In this document: piece by piece, positions 39,328 to 52,087 of the stretch
Numbering within the stretch: the stretch's first letter is position 1
Layout of the letters: every line of letters starts with the position of its first letter
Assembly (NCBI GenBank): GCA_951406725.2
Contig: OX597814.1
Location: 7,440,001 to 7,504,000 of the forward strand
Direction of reading: 5' to 3'
DNA: 64,000 bases
Source: Octopus vulgaris
Lineage: Eukaryota
Program-made: the position numbers and the translations under genes
Notes under the pieces: generated by a model
Seen by the model: only the letters and a program-made list of their open reading frames with translations
Told to the model about the DNA's origin: nothing
Databases searched by the model: none

Positions 39328-41549
39328 ATGGCTGCCGTGCAGACGACAACAACAGCGACCAGTTCTCTTATTCTTTCAATCATTCTTATTATCACACTGA
39401 CATCACTAAACATCGATGCGAAGGAACTCGGCAATGATTGTGAAGTTAAAATCCCTCCCAATATCGGTGAGATTTTATCTCGTTTAGTGAAATTAGAAAA
39501 AGAGGTTTTCAATTTTGAAGTCCATTTATCAAACAAGACACTTGATGAACTTCTTAATCCTGTGGCATTGGATTATTTTGCAAATGCGAGGAGTTTTACG
39601 TGGATTCCAGATAAATCAGGCGCTTTAACTCTATATAGAACTTTCTCCTATGATTTTTCAATGCACACTTTTAATATGTTGGACGTCTACGTTGCTAAAC
39701 AAGGGATTGATATCAATATCACTTGTGGAAAACAAAATATTCAGAGACACGATTTAATATATTTGATATTCGACGCATTGAAAAGAATCATATTTATGGA
39801 CAAATTGCAAATGGGAGAATCTGGATACATGTGTTTTTATATAAATATGTCTCAATACATGAAGAAGAACAGCCCTCACTCATTTGAAACTTACAGAAGA
39901 ATTGGCATAAATAGAGAAATTATAAAGAACTATTGCTGTAAACTCTATAAAAATGAAAGTAATCTTTATCGCCCCAAATCCATTTGTTCAGGAAAAATCA
40001 TTCAAAATGCTAACTTTTAAATTATTTAGATATTTTCGGAGGGGTTTTGTGGCTATTTTCCCCATTAATTATTAGTTTTGTATCAAAAGCTAAATTACCT
40101 TCACATTCCCGTCAACTCAATCTGCCACTGTTTGCTCACGATGAATTCTTATTTACAATTAAAAACACATTGCCACACGAATCCGAGTGGATCAATGGAA
40201 AACATAATATTTACACATTCTCACATTTTCTGTCTTGGGTATTTTGTTTCCACAATTCCTCTTTCTTTGCCTCAAGACTAAGAAGATTCCTTTGTATTCT
40301 ATTTTCACTTTCAGTACTCTTACTGGAACTTTTGATGCATTACTTCTTTTTATATGAAACAATAGAAATTCTTTACCAAGATGGTATACCATTGGGCTAT
40401 CGCGCCCTAATATTAGGAATCCCAGAAAGTTATGAGAATACTGATGGCTTTTTTGGTGGTCCTTTTGTGTGGTTAATCTGTTACGTATCTTTCAACTTTA
40501 TCCTCTTCGTTCTTCCCAGTCGTTTAAGTGAGACTATCGCTTATAATACGTTACGTCAAAGATCCACTTTCACGTTTCTCATTCAAAATATCACATTATT
40601 AGAGAAGTATGGCAGTTTAAATGTTTCTACTCTACAGGATTATGATCTACTCAATGCAGTAATGGAAGCTAATGTTTCTACAGCTTTAAACCCAAATTTC
40701 TGGTATTTAATAATTTATACTTGGAGTAATCGTATAAAGAAAATTTGGTTATATTACTACAGGAGAAATATTTTCTGGCAATTCTTTACACTTTGGCTCT
40801 GTGTTTCCATTACAATTTTATTTGCTGTATTTTCTGTCTGTGAATTATTTCTGTGCCTCATTTATTATGGAATCCCAATTGTTTATCTGATTTTAACTTT
40901 ACCATTAAGTTATTTCAGAGTTTATATTTACCCCCTGTATTTGAATCCTAACTATATTTTCAAGATTATTGCTTTCATTTTAACATTCATATCGTTTCCA
41001 TGTTTTCTAGTGTGGGCAATTTATTCAATCTATATATCTCTTACAAGTTTTCAAGTCGTTTTCGGCTACATATTTTCAATGGCTGTTGCGCTACTTGCTA
41101 AGCCTTATACTGTTGGTGATATATGGTTTGTTTCCATGTTTCTTCTCTATGGTATTGCAATTATAAAATCTATTCAGGAACGGTATGACTTTATTCTACT
41201 CGAATCCATTAAGCTCACCAAAATTCTTCGTCCAAATTTAGTTCAGTCAAAATATGGGGAAGAATTCATAAACGCCACTTTGTTTAAGACAATTGTTAAC
41301 CAGCGTTTTCCATTGAGAAATGAGATTGGTAAATCCATTGTAAAATTGTTTCTAATCGTAACCTTTTTCTTTGCTTGCAACAATATAATAAGTCGAGAAG
41401 AGTTGCACTTATCAGCATCCACAAAGATTACTTTGATATTGATGACGTCTATGATACCTAAATTTTTGTCTATAGTAAATGCAGATCGTAGGTTAACAAT
41501 AACCATGTTAGATAAAATGATCCAAACAATAAACTTATTTGAAGAATGA
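39328..41549 (+). CDS. Uncharacterised intronless multi-pass membrane protein, copy A (~740 aa if one frameshift at ~40015-40020 is corrected)
   Basis: ORFs 39328..40020 and 40047..41549 join when compared with copy B, which has one more base in the T-run; N-terminal hydrophobic signal, ~200-aa ectodomain with 6 Cys and NKT/NIT/NMS/NES sequons, about 9-11 hydrophobic segments; splice acceptor TTTTTACAG at 39317. Either a pseudogene or an assembly indel. Confidence 0.75.
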
Positions 41550-41647
41550 AATACATCACGGAGAAGTTTATCAAGTTATTTGATATTCTTCGATACGATG
41601 AAAAGTACATAAGTGTGCTTTATGGATTATTAACTACACTGTATAAC

Positions 41648-41719
<72 letters not shown>

Positions 41720-42189
41720 CTTTCTAGTGGAGACATAAAACCTCAAATTTGTGGGGCATTCACTAGTCGATTATATCGACTCCAGTATTTCACTGGTATT
41801 TCATTTATCGACTTACATGCACACGCACACGCACATATATACATCTAAATGGACAATCTGAAAAACAATTCTTCATTGCTTAATCTTATCTTTCTGTCTG
41901 GTTTAATCCAGGTTTTTGTTTATTTTGTTTCGAATCGAATAAAGAATTTATTTTGATATCAACTATAATGTTGTTTGACTTTCTTCTCCGAATCCACGCT
42001 TCTGGGCGCTCTGTATTATTATTCTCTATCCATTTCTGAGTTTGTGTGTGTTTATGTATATGTGTGCATGGGTTTGGGTGCGTGTGTATGTGTGTGTATT
42101 AATCAAACAGTTGAGACTCATTGTTGGGTCTGTCAAAAGAATTGAAAAATGAACAACCCTCAAAATCAAGAACTTAGAGGAATTGCAAA

Positions 42190-42470
42190 TGAATGCAAAC
42201 ATGAATTTCAAAACAAAACGTCACATCTTCTGCATTACTTGCCTACAATTCGACGAGAATTACATTGGAGGAACAGAAACAAATTTCACCAACCGTGTGA
42301 ACGTCCTCAAATAGTAAATTAAAATTCATCTTTTAGAAATGGTCCACGTAATAAACATGTAAACATTTGTGCAAATGGAAAATAGAAAATATTCCCTTTT
42401 TACAAAATAAAAGAAAATATCCAGCTATGAAAGGCACTTTATAAGACTTCCCAATCTGAAACTAAACCAA
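42190..42470 (+). mobile_element. Degenerate Penelope-like GIY-YIG endonuclease fragment
   Basis: ANMNFKTKRHIFCITCLQFDENYIGGTETNFTNRV resembles the PLE motif C.T.NVIY.I.C..C...YIG.T...L..R; duplicated at ~59575-59860. Confidence 0.6.
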
Positions 42471-42993
42471 ACTGATTATTAAAAACAAGTTTCTCTACAC
42501 GCATTACCCCAGAACATGTGTTTTGTAGAAGTTCAACAACGAAAGTGGTTACATACAATATACAAAGGCTTTGTGACATTCTATTCTCTAAATAACTTTT
42601 AAACAGTTAATAAATTTCAAAAGTAATAAAAAAACACTAAAAGAGAATGAGTCAAACCCAGACACAATAAAATTTTAGAAGAACTTTCATTAAACATTGG
42701 GACAATATCAAGTATATTTAGAAAGACTCTTACACACACACACATACACAGACACTGACACACAAGCAAACAAACACACACTCATCAAGAAGACGGTGCT
42801 GCTGTATGGCCGCAGTGAAATGATTTAAACAAGTAAAAGAATAAAAGATTATATACATATCCTCGGTGCCACAGCCGTTTTTGCCGTCTCCATCCTGAAT
42901 CCAGCGCATCTCTACATCTAGTAAATACTGTATTTGGAAAATATATTTTCAGAACTCCTGTATCCGCCGCCTATGTGAATATCTCGCTCTCAG

Positions 42994-43049
<56 letters not shown>

Positions 43050-43491
43050 AAATTAAGGATAAAATCTTCATAAGAAATTATCAGTAGTTAGCGTGAAAAA
43101 CCTCGAATAGGCAGATTGTTACCGAAATGCATTGCGAATAAGCCCGCCATTTTCATAGATATGTAAAGATAAACATTCGTACATGCTACGACGAATTCTA
43201 CGGTTGGCTGACGGGTATGCTATATTGTGTTTTTTCCTTAGATGTCTTGAGTTCGTTGCACTGAAGAGCATAGAATGCATATTCTGCATTGATTGCGAAA
43301 TCACAGGTGATATGTAACTAAATTCTGTTTTTAAATGACTTGCTTTGAAGTTTTGCATTCGGTACAATTTGTTTATTTTAGTAGTTTTGACTGCAAGTGT
43401 CCCTCCTAGCGTGCGGTACCTATGAATAATAGTACCCTCTATATAATATAAATATATATATATATATATATGTATATATATGTAAAAAAAC

Positions 43492-46140
43492 TTAGATGAG
43501 TGTTTTTTTATTTTTAGGGAGCCGGTTTCTGTTTTTGTTAGTAGATTTTGTGGGAGCGTATTTAGAGAATGTATAGGTGACAATGTTTTCAAAGTGCTGC
43601 CATGCGGTCTCAATATGGGTGGAATTGAGAGCAAAATACCAGTCGATGAAAGACAGATCCTTTCTGATTGCTCCCCAGTCCGCTTTGTGGAAGTTTATGT
43701 TGTCAAATGAGTGCCATGGAGTGGGATTGGCTGGTTTGGTTTTTATATGTCGGGAATTAAAATTGCAGAGTACCATGTCGTGGTCTGAGAGGAGAGTTTT
43801 TTCAACTGAAATACTGTGAACGAAGCTAGAGTGATTGGTCAATACCAGATCCAAGATCGTTTTATTCTGTCTCGTTGGTTCGAGCTCTAGCTGAGTCAGG
43901 AAGTATTCATCCATTAGATTAAAGAGCAGTTCTGCTGCTGCTCTATCTGATGTAGAGCATTTGCCTAACTTCAGAGTATTTGTGGGCCAGTTCACATGAG
44001 GGAGGTTAAAATCACCCATCACTAGTATGTTTCCGGAGTTGTACTTCCGAAGGCAACTCTTCAAAGCACTTTAGAGGTGCTTGGGGAGGCCTGTAAAGAC
44101 CAACAATGATTATGTCCTTGGCCTTGCTGAATAGTGATACAGATTCACAATAGCCATTGGAAAATATGTCCTTAGCATCAAGTGAAAAGGAGTCATGGAT
44201 AAAGATAGCTGTCCCTCCCTTATTTCGGTCTGTGCGATCCGCACGAACAATGGTGAAATCTTTTATTTTCACCTCGGCGTCCATATGGGTGTTGTTCAGG
44301 TGAGTCTCGGTAAGGATAAAAAAAGGGAAGCAATGTGCCGTTTCGGTAAGCCAACTCTCTATATATGGGATCTTCCATTTTTGGGCAATAATTGATGGGT
44401 TGATGCCACGTACATTTAACAGGAATGTCGAGGTAAGGGAAGTTTGATGTTTGCATTGTTCTAAGTTACGTTTTATGTTGTTCAGTGGAAACAATGTGGG
44501 TAGTTCTTTATGGAGCTGTGTGTGTATGATTTTCTTGTTGGTAGTGGGTGTGTGGTCCTTGTGATTTGCATAGGTAGTTGCTGATAGCTCGTTGGATCTC
44601 CTGGCTTAGGTCGGCCTTCATAATTTCTAGGTAAGTCAGTAAAAAAGAGTTATCACTTTGGTTTGCCACTTGGTCAGAGGATACATATTTCATGTTTATG
44701 TTATTTGGTGTTATGGTTTTTTCATGGTTCTGTCTTAGTTGTTTGATTGTAGGAGGGGAAACGTGGTTGTATTTTGTTTTTGTTGTTGTCGTAGATCTCC
44801 TCTGTGGCTGTTTATATTTATTTTGCGATTTTGTGCCCTTCAGATGGTGGTGGTTGCATTCTGGGTTCAGGCACATCCTTAGTGACTCAGAAGTTTGGCA
44901 CAGTTTAGGATGGAAGAAGGTGCATCCATTGCCTTTTGTGCATCCATATTTGGGATCAGGACCATGGACTCTGTATTTAGGACAGTATTTGGGGTGGAAG
45001 TGAGGGCAGTTTTTTTCCCGTTATACCATATGAACAGGTGCCCTTAACAAGTCTACGACATAAGGTAGGATGGAAAAAAGCACTGCGTCCCTTGTTGTTG
45101 GTGCCGCTGGGGCCAAATCTACAGTTGCCTTGAGAATAGTAACGGCAGGGTGTTAGATATGGGTGTAGTAGTGGTTTCCTATTCTGGCTTTTGTAGCAGA
45201 GTGTTGTTGTTGTTGTTGTTGTTGTTGCTGTAGCAGCAGTGAAACTTGACTTGCAACAGTAGGGCTGGGTGGAATCTGCTCAGGTACTGGTGATGTAGTA
45301 GCAGAAGCAGGCTGTTGTTGTTGTGATAGTGAGTCCTGGCTTGCCAAGGTAGTGTTGGGTGGAATGGGTGGAATTAGGTCAGATGTTTGTTGCTGGCTAT
45401 CGGGTCGTTGAAGTGACCCCTGACCTGTTGGAGTTGGGTCATTTGGTGCACTACATTCATTGACAAGGATGATTTCTAGTGTTGCCATGTGCGTGTGGAA
45501 AATAGGAAATGTTCTTACAATCTCTTTTATTTTATTTTCGATCTGTTTTACAGATCTGTGAAAGGATTGTTTTGCTAATTTTTCAGCTATTTTACTGTAA
45601 ACATTAGCTTCGTTGTGGTGAGTGTACCAAGTGTTAATCAGTGCAGTGATTTCATTTTCAACCCAGTGGCGTTTTTGAATATTATTGGCCATATTCAGTG
45701 GGACAGTATTATTCACTGTACGTTTGTAATTGATGGCTTGATGTATAATAGTGAAAACAACGTTGAAAAGTTTGTGTCGATATATTCGGAAATGCGTGGC
45801 TATATCTGAGTGTGTGTGGGAGAGTTCAGTGTATTTAGTACAAATCAGGATGAGCGGTGTGTTTAATACAGATCAAGGAAAAAGAATTGTACTCACGGGA
45901 CTAGTTTTAGAAACTAGTCTTGGGTTGAGTCTTGGTTTATATTCTTTCTCCAGGTTGTATATAGATTTGTATAAATTTATCCTCCGATGGTAGTAAAAGA
46001 GTAGAAAAGTAGAATTGTAGAATTCAAAAGTACTGGGACTAAAAACAAGGAGAGTTTCTGCTGGCTTGAGTTGAAATATGCTTCTTTGGCTACTGACGTT
46101 GATCGGAGCTATGAAAAGTACGTCTTGTCACGACGAATGC
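43492..46140 (-). mobile_element. CR1-group LINE 5' half: 5' UTR, ORF1 (Myb/SANT-like plus tandem CCCH) and ORF2 AP endonuclease; RT missing
   Basis: ORF2: LLNVRGI, LTETHL, RADR...GGTAIF, LYRPP, GDFNLP...W, PTR...LDLVLTN, SDH. ORF1 spans 45716 to 44508 with a frameshift near 45155. 5' boundary approximate. Confidence 0.88.
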
Positions 46141-46314
46141 CCTATAGTAATATCCATAGTAATATATATATATATATGAGGGATAAGCATGTTAGACGGG
46201 TGAAAATATAAAGTATATTAAATACATGAAATACAAAAATTGCATTTATGTATATCTGACACACAGAATGCAAATGATACAGAGAATTAAAGATGTTGAA
46301 GTAAAGTATAACAA

Positions 46315-46407
46315 ATCCAACAGCTGTTTCTGGGGAGTCGGTGGTCCAAAATAATATTTGTAGATTGATTCCATCGTAGAATGAGATGAGCCTCCATCTT
46401 CGGCGAT
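46315..46407 (-). ncRNA. Degenerate hammerhead-like motif in a probable Penelope pseudo-LTR fragment
   Basis: Minus strand CCGAAGA-TGGAG...(long loop)...CTCCCCA-GAAAC-AGCT-GTT-GGAT with palindromic ACAGCTGT stem III. Confidence 0.4.
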
Positions 46408-47089
46408 GAGATCTTAAATTTGAGATGTTAAAGGAAAGCAGTTCAAAGATGGAATGAATACGTTAGAGAGCTAAGTGCTTTAGAGTGAGAAATTGGGGGA
46501 GGTATTCAGATAGGGAATAGTGAGAGGAGAAAATAAATTTCAGGTGTTAGGGGTTAATAAGGAGACTAGTAGGGAGTAATAGTAGTAGAGGTGGAAGAGA
46601 GAAGGGTTGTGTTGGTGGTAATTGTTGGGATAGCGAGAAAAGAGAATGGCCATTATTTGGGAGGAGTAAGTTGACTGGTCCAGTGGCTGACGGAGATTAC
46701 TAAATAGAGAAGTATGAGAGAAGATAGAGGGAGGTGGATGAGAGTGATGGTGGGAGTTGATAGTCTATACTCTCCAAATTGTCCTATCCAATGCATTCCG
46801 TATTGTTCTAGGCTAATGATACATGAAGCCTCATAGTAAAAGGACGTCTCTCTCTCTCTTCCAGATCAGTGGCTATCATTGCAATATTAAGATGTTCGCG
46901 TTTGTCTGTGTGTCTGTATGTATGTATATGTGTGTTGTGAATGTAAGTGTGTGTATGCGCTCGTGTGTGTGCGTATGCGTGCTCAAGCACCTCAGTCTGC
47001 TTCCCATTTCCCAGCGTTTGCTCCCTCCTTGAATCTCATATCATTTTTATTCTTACATTTTCCGAAGTCCCGCTATTCTCCATTCATTT

Positions 47090-47280
47090 ATTCTTTTACT
47101 TGTTTCAGCCATGCTGGAGCACCGCGCTGAAGTGTTTTAGTCGAGCAAATCGATCCCAAGGCTTACATTTTAGTCTGGTGCTTTTTTTTAACGGTCATTT
47201 TGCGAAGCCGTTAAGTTACGGGGACGGAAACGCACCAACACCGGTTGTCAAACGGTGATGAGGGCACAAACACAGCGCAT
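47090..47280 (-). mobile_element. SINE body/tail fragment (opposite-orientation fragment at ~26095-26175)
   Basis: GTTACGGGGACGGAAACGCACCAACACCGGTTGTCAA is the reverse complement of TTGACAACCGATGTTGGCGTGTTTACGTCCCTGTAAC at ~26135. Confidence 0.55.
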
Positions 47281-47304
47281 ACATGCATACATACATGTTA
47301 GGAG

Positions 47305-49380
47305 TCGTTCATCTTACTAAAGTTGCAGTGAACATAGTGAAAGCCATAACTAACCTGACTTCATCGAGGGCCGCCATCTTGAAATTAAACACAAACAGTG
47401 ACTGTATTATCATTGGCAGAATACAGTATGGCAAAGGCATATTCCAAGGGGACAGCCTTTCTGTGATGTTGTTTATACTTTCTGAAAACCCCTTGTCATT
47501 CATGTTAAGGAAGTCTGAGGAATATCTCACTGGTTCACAAGGAAACAGACATACCAAAACTACACACTGTTTCTTTGTGGTTGGTTTCAAACTATATGCC
47601 ATGAATGTGTATGAGATGAAAAAAAAAGCCTTGGCCTAGTTACGACATTCTCAAAGGAAGTAGGGTTGGAGTTTGGTCAGGATAAATGTTATAAGGTTGT
47701 GAAAAGGGGGAAAACTATAAACCAGACTAGTAGCATCTCCGTCAATGATTTAATTGATTCCTCTATATCTGATGAGGAATATTACTGATATCTGGAGGTG
47801 CATGAAAACATATCTTATATTGGCACCTGTAACAAAACACGTGTCTCTAAAGACTATCACAGCCAAATAAAGAAAATTTGAACCTCAGAACTCTCTGTAC
47901 ATTCAATAAAACAGCAGTGCGGAGTGCAGTGTCAGTGTTCATACGAACATTTGGGATGCTTGATTGGACTCTTGATGAGATCCGAACCATTGATGTGAAA
48001 ACCCAGAAGTTACAAACAAACACACAAAATTTCCACATAAACAGTGACGTAGACCACAACTACCTAAAACGAAAAGAGGGCGGTAGAGGCTTACCATCAA
48101 TTAAAAATGCCTTTAAATGTTGTATCATATCCCTTCTGCAACATCTTTTAACCACCGAGTGTTGAAGTGCATCCCTTGACCAAGTTTGCTGACATAAGTA
48201 AGATACCATCATAAGACTTGGAAAGCAGTTTCTTGAGCAGCAACATTCCTTGTCTGAGAACCTTAAATACATACCCAATGAAGTCACACGACTCTACTGT
48301 AACGTATCCTCAGGTGAATGGATGAGCATATACGAGCAGAAAACCAAGCATGGATATGTTAGAAGAAAGTTCTGTGGTGATAGTAACATCAATCATCAAA
48401 GAAGTCTTTCATGGACCAATAGTCGGATTACTACCTCCCACTTTGAAGGCATTCTATTCCAGCATTAGCAATCCAGGAATAGGAAATATCAACCAAGTAC
48501 CTGATTAAAAATGGGATGGAGATGCAGGATTAGCAGTAAAATGTGACAACAGATGCAGACTTTATGGAGTTCACACCGAAGATACCGCCCACATCATAAT
48601 CAGTTGTCCGAAAATGTCATCACGGTATTATCTACCAGTGAGACATGATGTATTAGCTACGACGTCCTCTAATGAAATCCATCGCAAGTATAACTTCGCG
48701 ACAAAGAAATATAAACCCACAGTATGGTAGAAGCCATAGCCACTCGCAATAATAAAAAGGATACTGGAGGAATATCCCAGTCAAAGCCTTAGTAAAATAT
48801 AAGCACAACAGACCTGATATAATGATTTGGGATTGAGAAGGGAAACTGTGGAAATTAGAGAAGGGAATTGTGGAAATTAGCTGCCCAGCGGATGTTAACA
48901 TAAAGCTGAAGATCAGTGAAAAAGAGAACGCCTATGCTGAACTATTGAGAAATCTGCAGTTACTCTATCCAGATTACAAGTTCAGGTTTATACCAGTAAT
49001 TATTGGGGCACAGAGATATCTAACACACTGCCTAAATACAAATCTTGAGAAATTAGGCTTCTCAAAACCAGAAAGGGGAAAGCTAATTCGAAAACTACAG
49101 ATCCAATCCATCACTGGAACTGTAAAACATTGTAAAACTCTTCGGCGGTTTATCATTTAAATATTTATGTACATGTCTAGATATGCATGAGAATACATAC
49201 ACAAAGCAAAACATACAAATCAGCACGTATACATACATACATACATACATACATACATACATACATACATACATACGTACGTACGTACATACATACATAC
49301 TAAAATACCCTGTTGATGTTTTTGGAATTCGAATCTAGGCTTGGTCTATTGGTAAGAAAACTTTATATAAACTGAATAAT
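47305..49380 (+). mobile_element. Degenerate RLE-type (R4/Dong-like) LINE bordered by (TACA)n
   Basis: GIFQGDSLS.MLF...NPLS (RT), SDVD..YL.RKEGGRGL, CRL...EDTAHII.SCP, RHD, NRPDI, VEISCPAD...K...Y, FIPVIIGA; many stops and frameshifts; TACA repeats at both ends and in the 3' UTR. Confidence 0.88.
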
Positions 49381-49845
49381 GACATACATACATATACGGC
49401 GGGTTCCTTTCAGTTTCCGTCCACCAAATTCACCCAGAAGTCTTCGGTCGGACAGAAGCTATAGTAGAAGACACTATCTTTTCGATATTAACGCTATCTT
49501 TTTAACATATATACATACACACACATGCATACACACACATGCATACACACATACATACATAGGCACACACACACACATGCGCACAAACAAACAAAGAGGA
49601 ACGCAGTGTAATTAACGGACAGAGTTAAGACTATTGAAAATGTTGCCAGACACAACGAATATTTGAGGAAAATAAAAACAAGAAATAAGTGGAAATTTCA
49701 CCGGTGAGTGTGTTACATTATAAGGCACAAAAACAAAATGATTCTCCCTAGACACAACAGAATATGCTTCAACACACAAACTCACATAAAGAATCTTGCA
49801 AACCAAAACCAAAATCGAATGATGATGATGATGATGATGATAATG

Positions 49846-49968
<123 letters not shown>

Positions 49969-49992
49969 GTAATAATAATGATAATGATAATA

Positions 49993-50073
<81 letters not shown>

Positions 50074-50603
50074 GCCTTGATGCAGTAACACGCAGTGGCT
50101 TCAATGGCTTCTCATCTTAAATGATTGGAAGTGTTATCATGTACATTGATTTGCCTTGGTATAGAAGAGGGGCTACAGCAAATATTCTGCTCAATACCAC
50201 AGATTTACTTGTCAGTTGCTTGACCTTAACCAGTTGGGCATGCCCCTTAGTGGCTGACGATATGTGCTTCTCTGATCACGAGAAGTAGTGTAGAGAGGGA
50301 TTCTTTGAGATTTGGATAATTCACCCTTAGAAACATGGGTATTTCGTTCATCATCCTTAAACAAACCTTATTCAGGCAGCTTTTGAGCGGGATGGGTTAC
50401 TCGACCTGAAGAAAATTCTAACTGAGCCCCACTTGCAAGGTCATACGTTGTTAATGTTGATATGAGATCACCACGTTGCGCACATGTGGTTGTGATGTGT
50501 GTACGTTGTGTACCCTTGTCAGACGGATAGTCATGATGGGTATACTGGGCTTCGTATACTTTACCCCAGTGTTACTTTGATGACATGCACTGCTCGCTCA
50601 CTC

Positions 50604-50662
<59 letters not shown>

Positions 50663-50693
50663 TGATAATAATAATAATAATGATAATAATAAT

Positions 50694-51409
50694 ACCAGAA
50701 ATTACCAAAAACATGTAATGAAAAGAAATATAACAATTAACTGCAGAATATGTAGAGATGGACAAGAAACAATAAATCATATTATCTCTGGCTGCCCAGT
50801 CCTGGCTAAGAAGGAATATATTCACAGACATGACAGAGTTGGAACCTACATACACTGGAAGCTATGCCAACATTATGGAATAACAACAGAAAAAAGATGG
50901 TATAGGCACACACCAGAAAAGGTCACAGAAAACGAGAAAGCAACCATACTCTGGGATATGCCGATACACACAGATAGAGAAATTAAGGCCAACAGACCAG
51001 ATATAGTTGTCAGAGATCATGAAGAAAAAAATGCTTTCTAATTGATGTATCAATACCGGCAGATGACAACGTGTCTCTAAAAGAAATGGAGAAACTTTCA
51101 AAATACAAAGACCTGGAAATAGAGGTAACCAGAATGTAGAATCTAAAAACAGAAACAATTCCTATCATAGTAGGTGCATCAGGCATGATAAAAAAAATAT
51201 TAAGACAAATACATAACAAAAACACCAGGACTTACAAACACATATAACACACAGAAAATTGCACTACTAGGCACTGCACACATCCTACACAGAACACTTT
51301 CCATACAATAACCATCAGAGCATCACAACAAATCACAGCACATACCCAAGGCACACAGAGCTGCGCTCGGTAGTGAAGTGAAAGCACGCTACAAAAAATA
51401 AAACTACTG
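50694..51409 (+). mobile_element. R4/Dong-like element 3' fragment (CCHC, RLE, 3' UTR) inserted in (TAA)n
   Basis: TRNYQK...CRICRDGQETINHIISGC...RHD...ANRPDIVV; (AAT)n on both sides. Confidence 0.92.
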
Positions 51410-51431
51410 AATAATAATAATAATAATAATG

Positions 51432-51499
<68 letters not shown>

Positions 51500-51624
51500 T
51501 ATTATTATGGTAACACCAACATTTTTTTCTTAGCCCCAAGGCACATTCCTAACACGCCAGCTGAGCTTAATTCGTCCTAGTCGAAAGACGCCTGTTCGTG
51601 ATGTCCTGTTATTGTTATTAATAT

Positions 51625-51810
51625 TATTATTATTGTTTTTACGTATTATTATTATTATTGTTTTCACGTATTATTATTATTATTGTTTTTACGTATTATT
51701 ATTATTATTGTTTTTACGTATTATTATTATTATTATTGTTTTTACGTATTATTATTATTATTATTATTGTTTTTACGTATTATTATTATTATTGTTTTCA
51801 CGTATTATTT
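51625..51810. repeat. 22-31-bp tandem repeat TTTTTACG(TAT)nTG
   Basis: About 7 units with variable TAT count. Confidence 0.85.
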
Positions 51811-52032
51811 TTGTATTCATATTCGTGTAACATCGTCCGTTTTTATGTCCTTGTTTTGTATATATTCGAAGCTTTCTTCCAAGGAATCTAATGCGGATTA
51901 ATCAGCCGAAATTGCGAGGATGATCCGGTTCTTGACTGAAGATTGAAGGTCTCGAATGTCACGTCCGTGTTTTTAGTGTCGTCATCAAAATGTTTTGCGT
52001 TTTTGTCCCAGTTTGTATTTTTTATACATATG

Positions 52033-52087
<55 letters not shown>

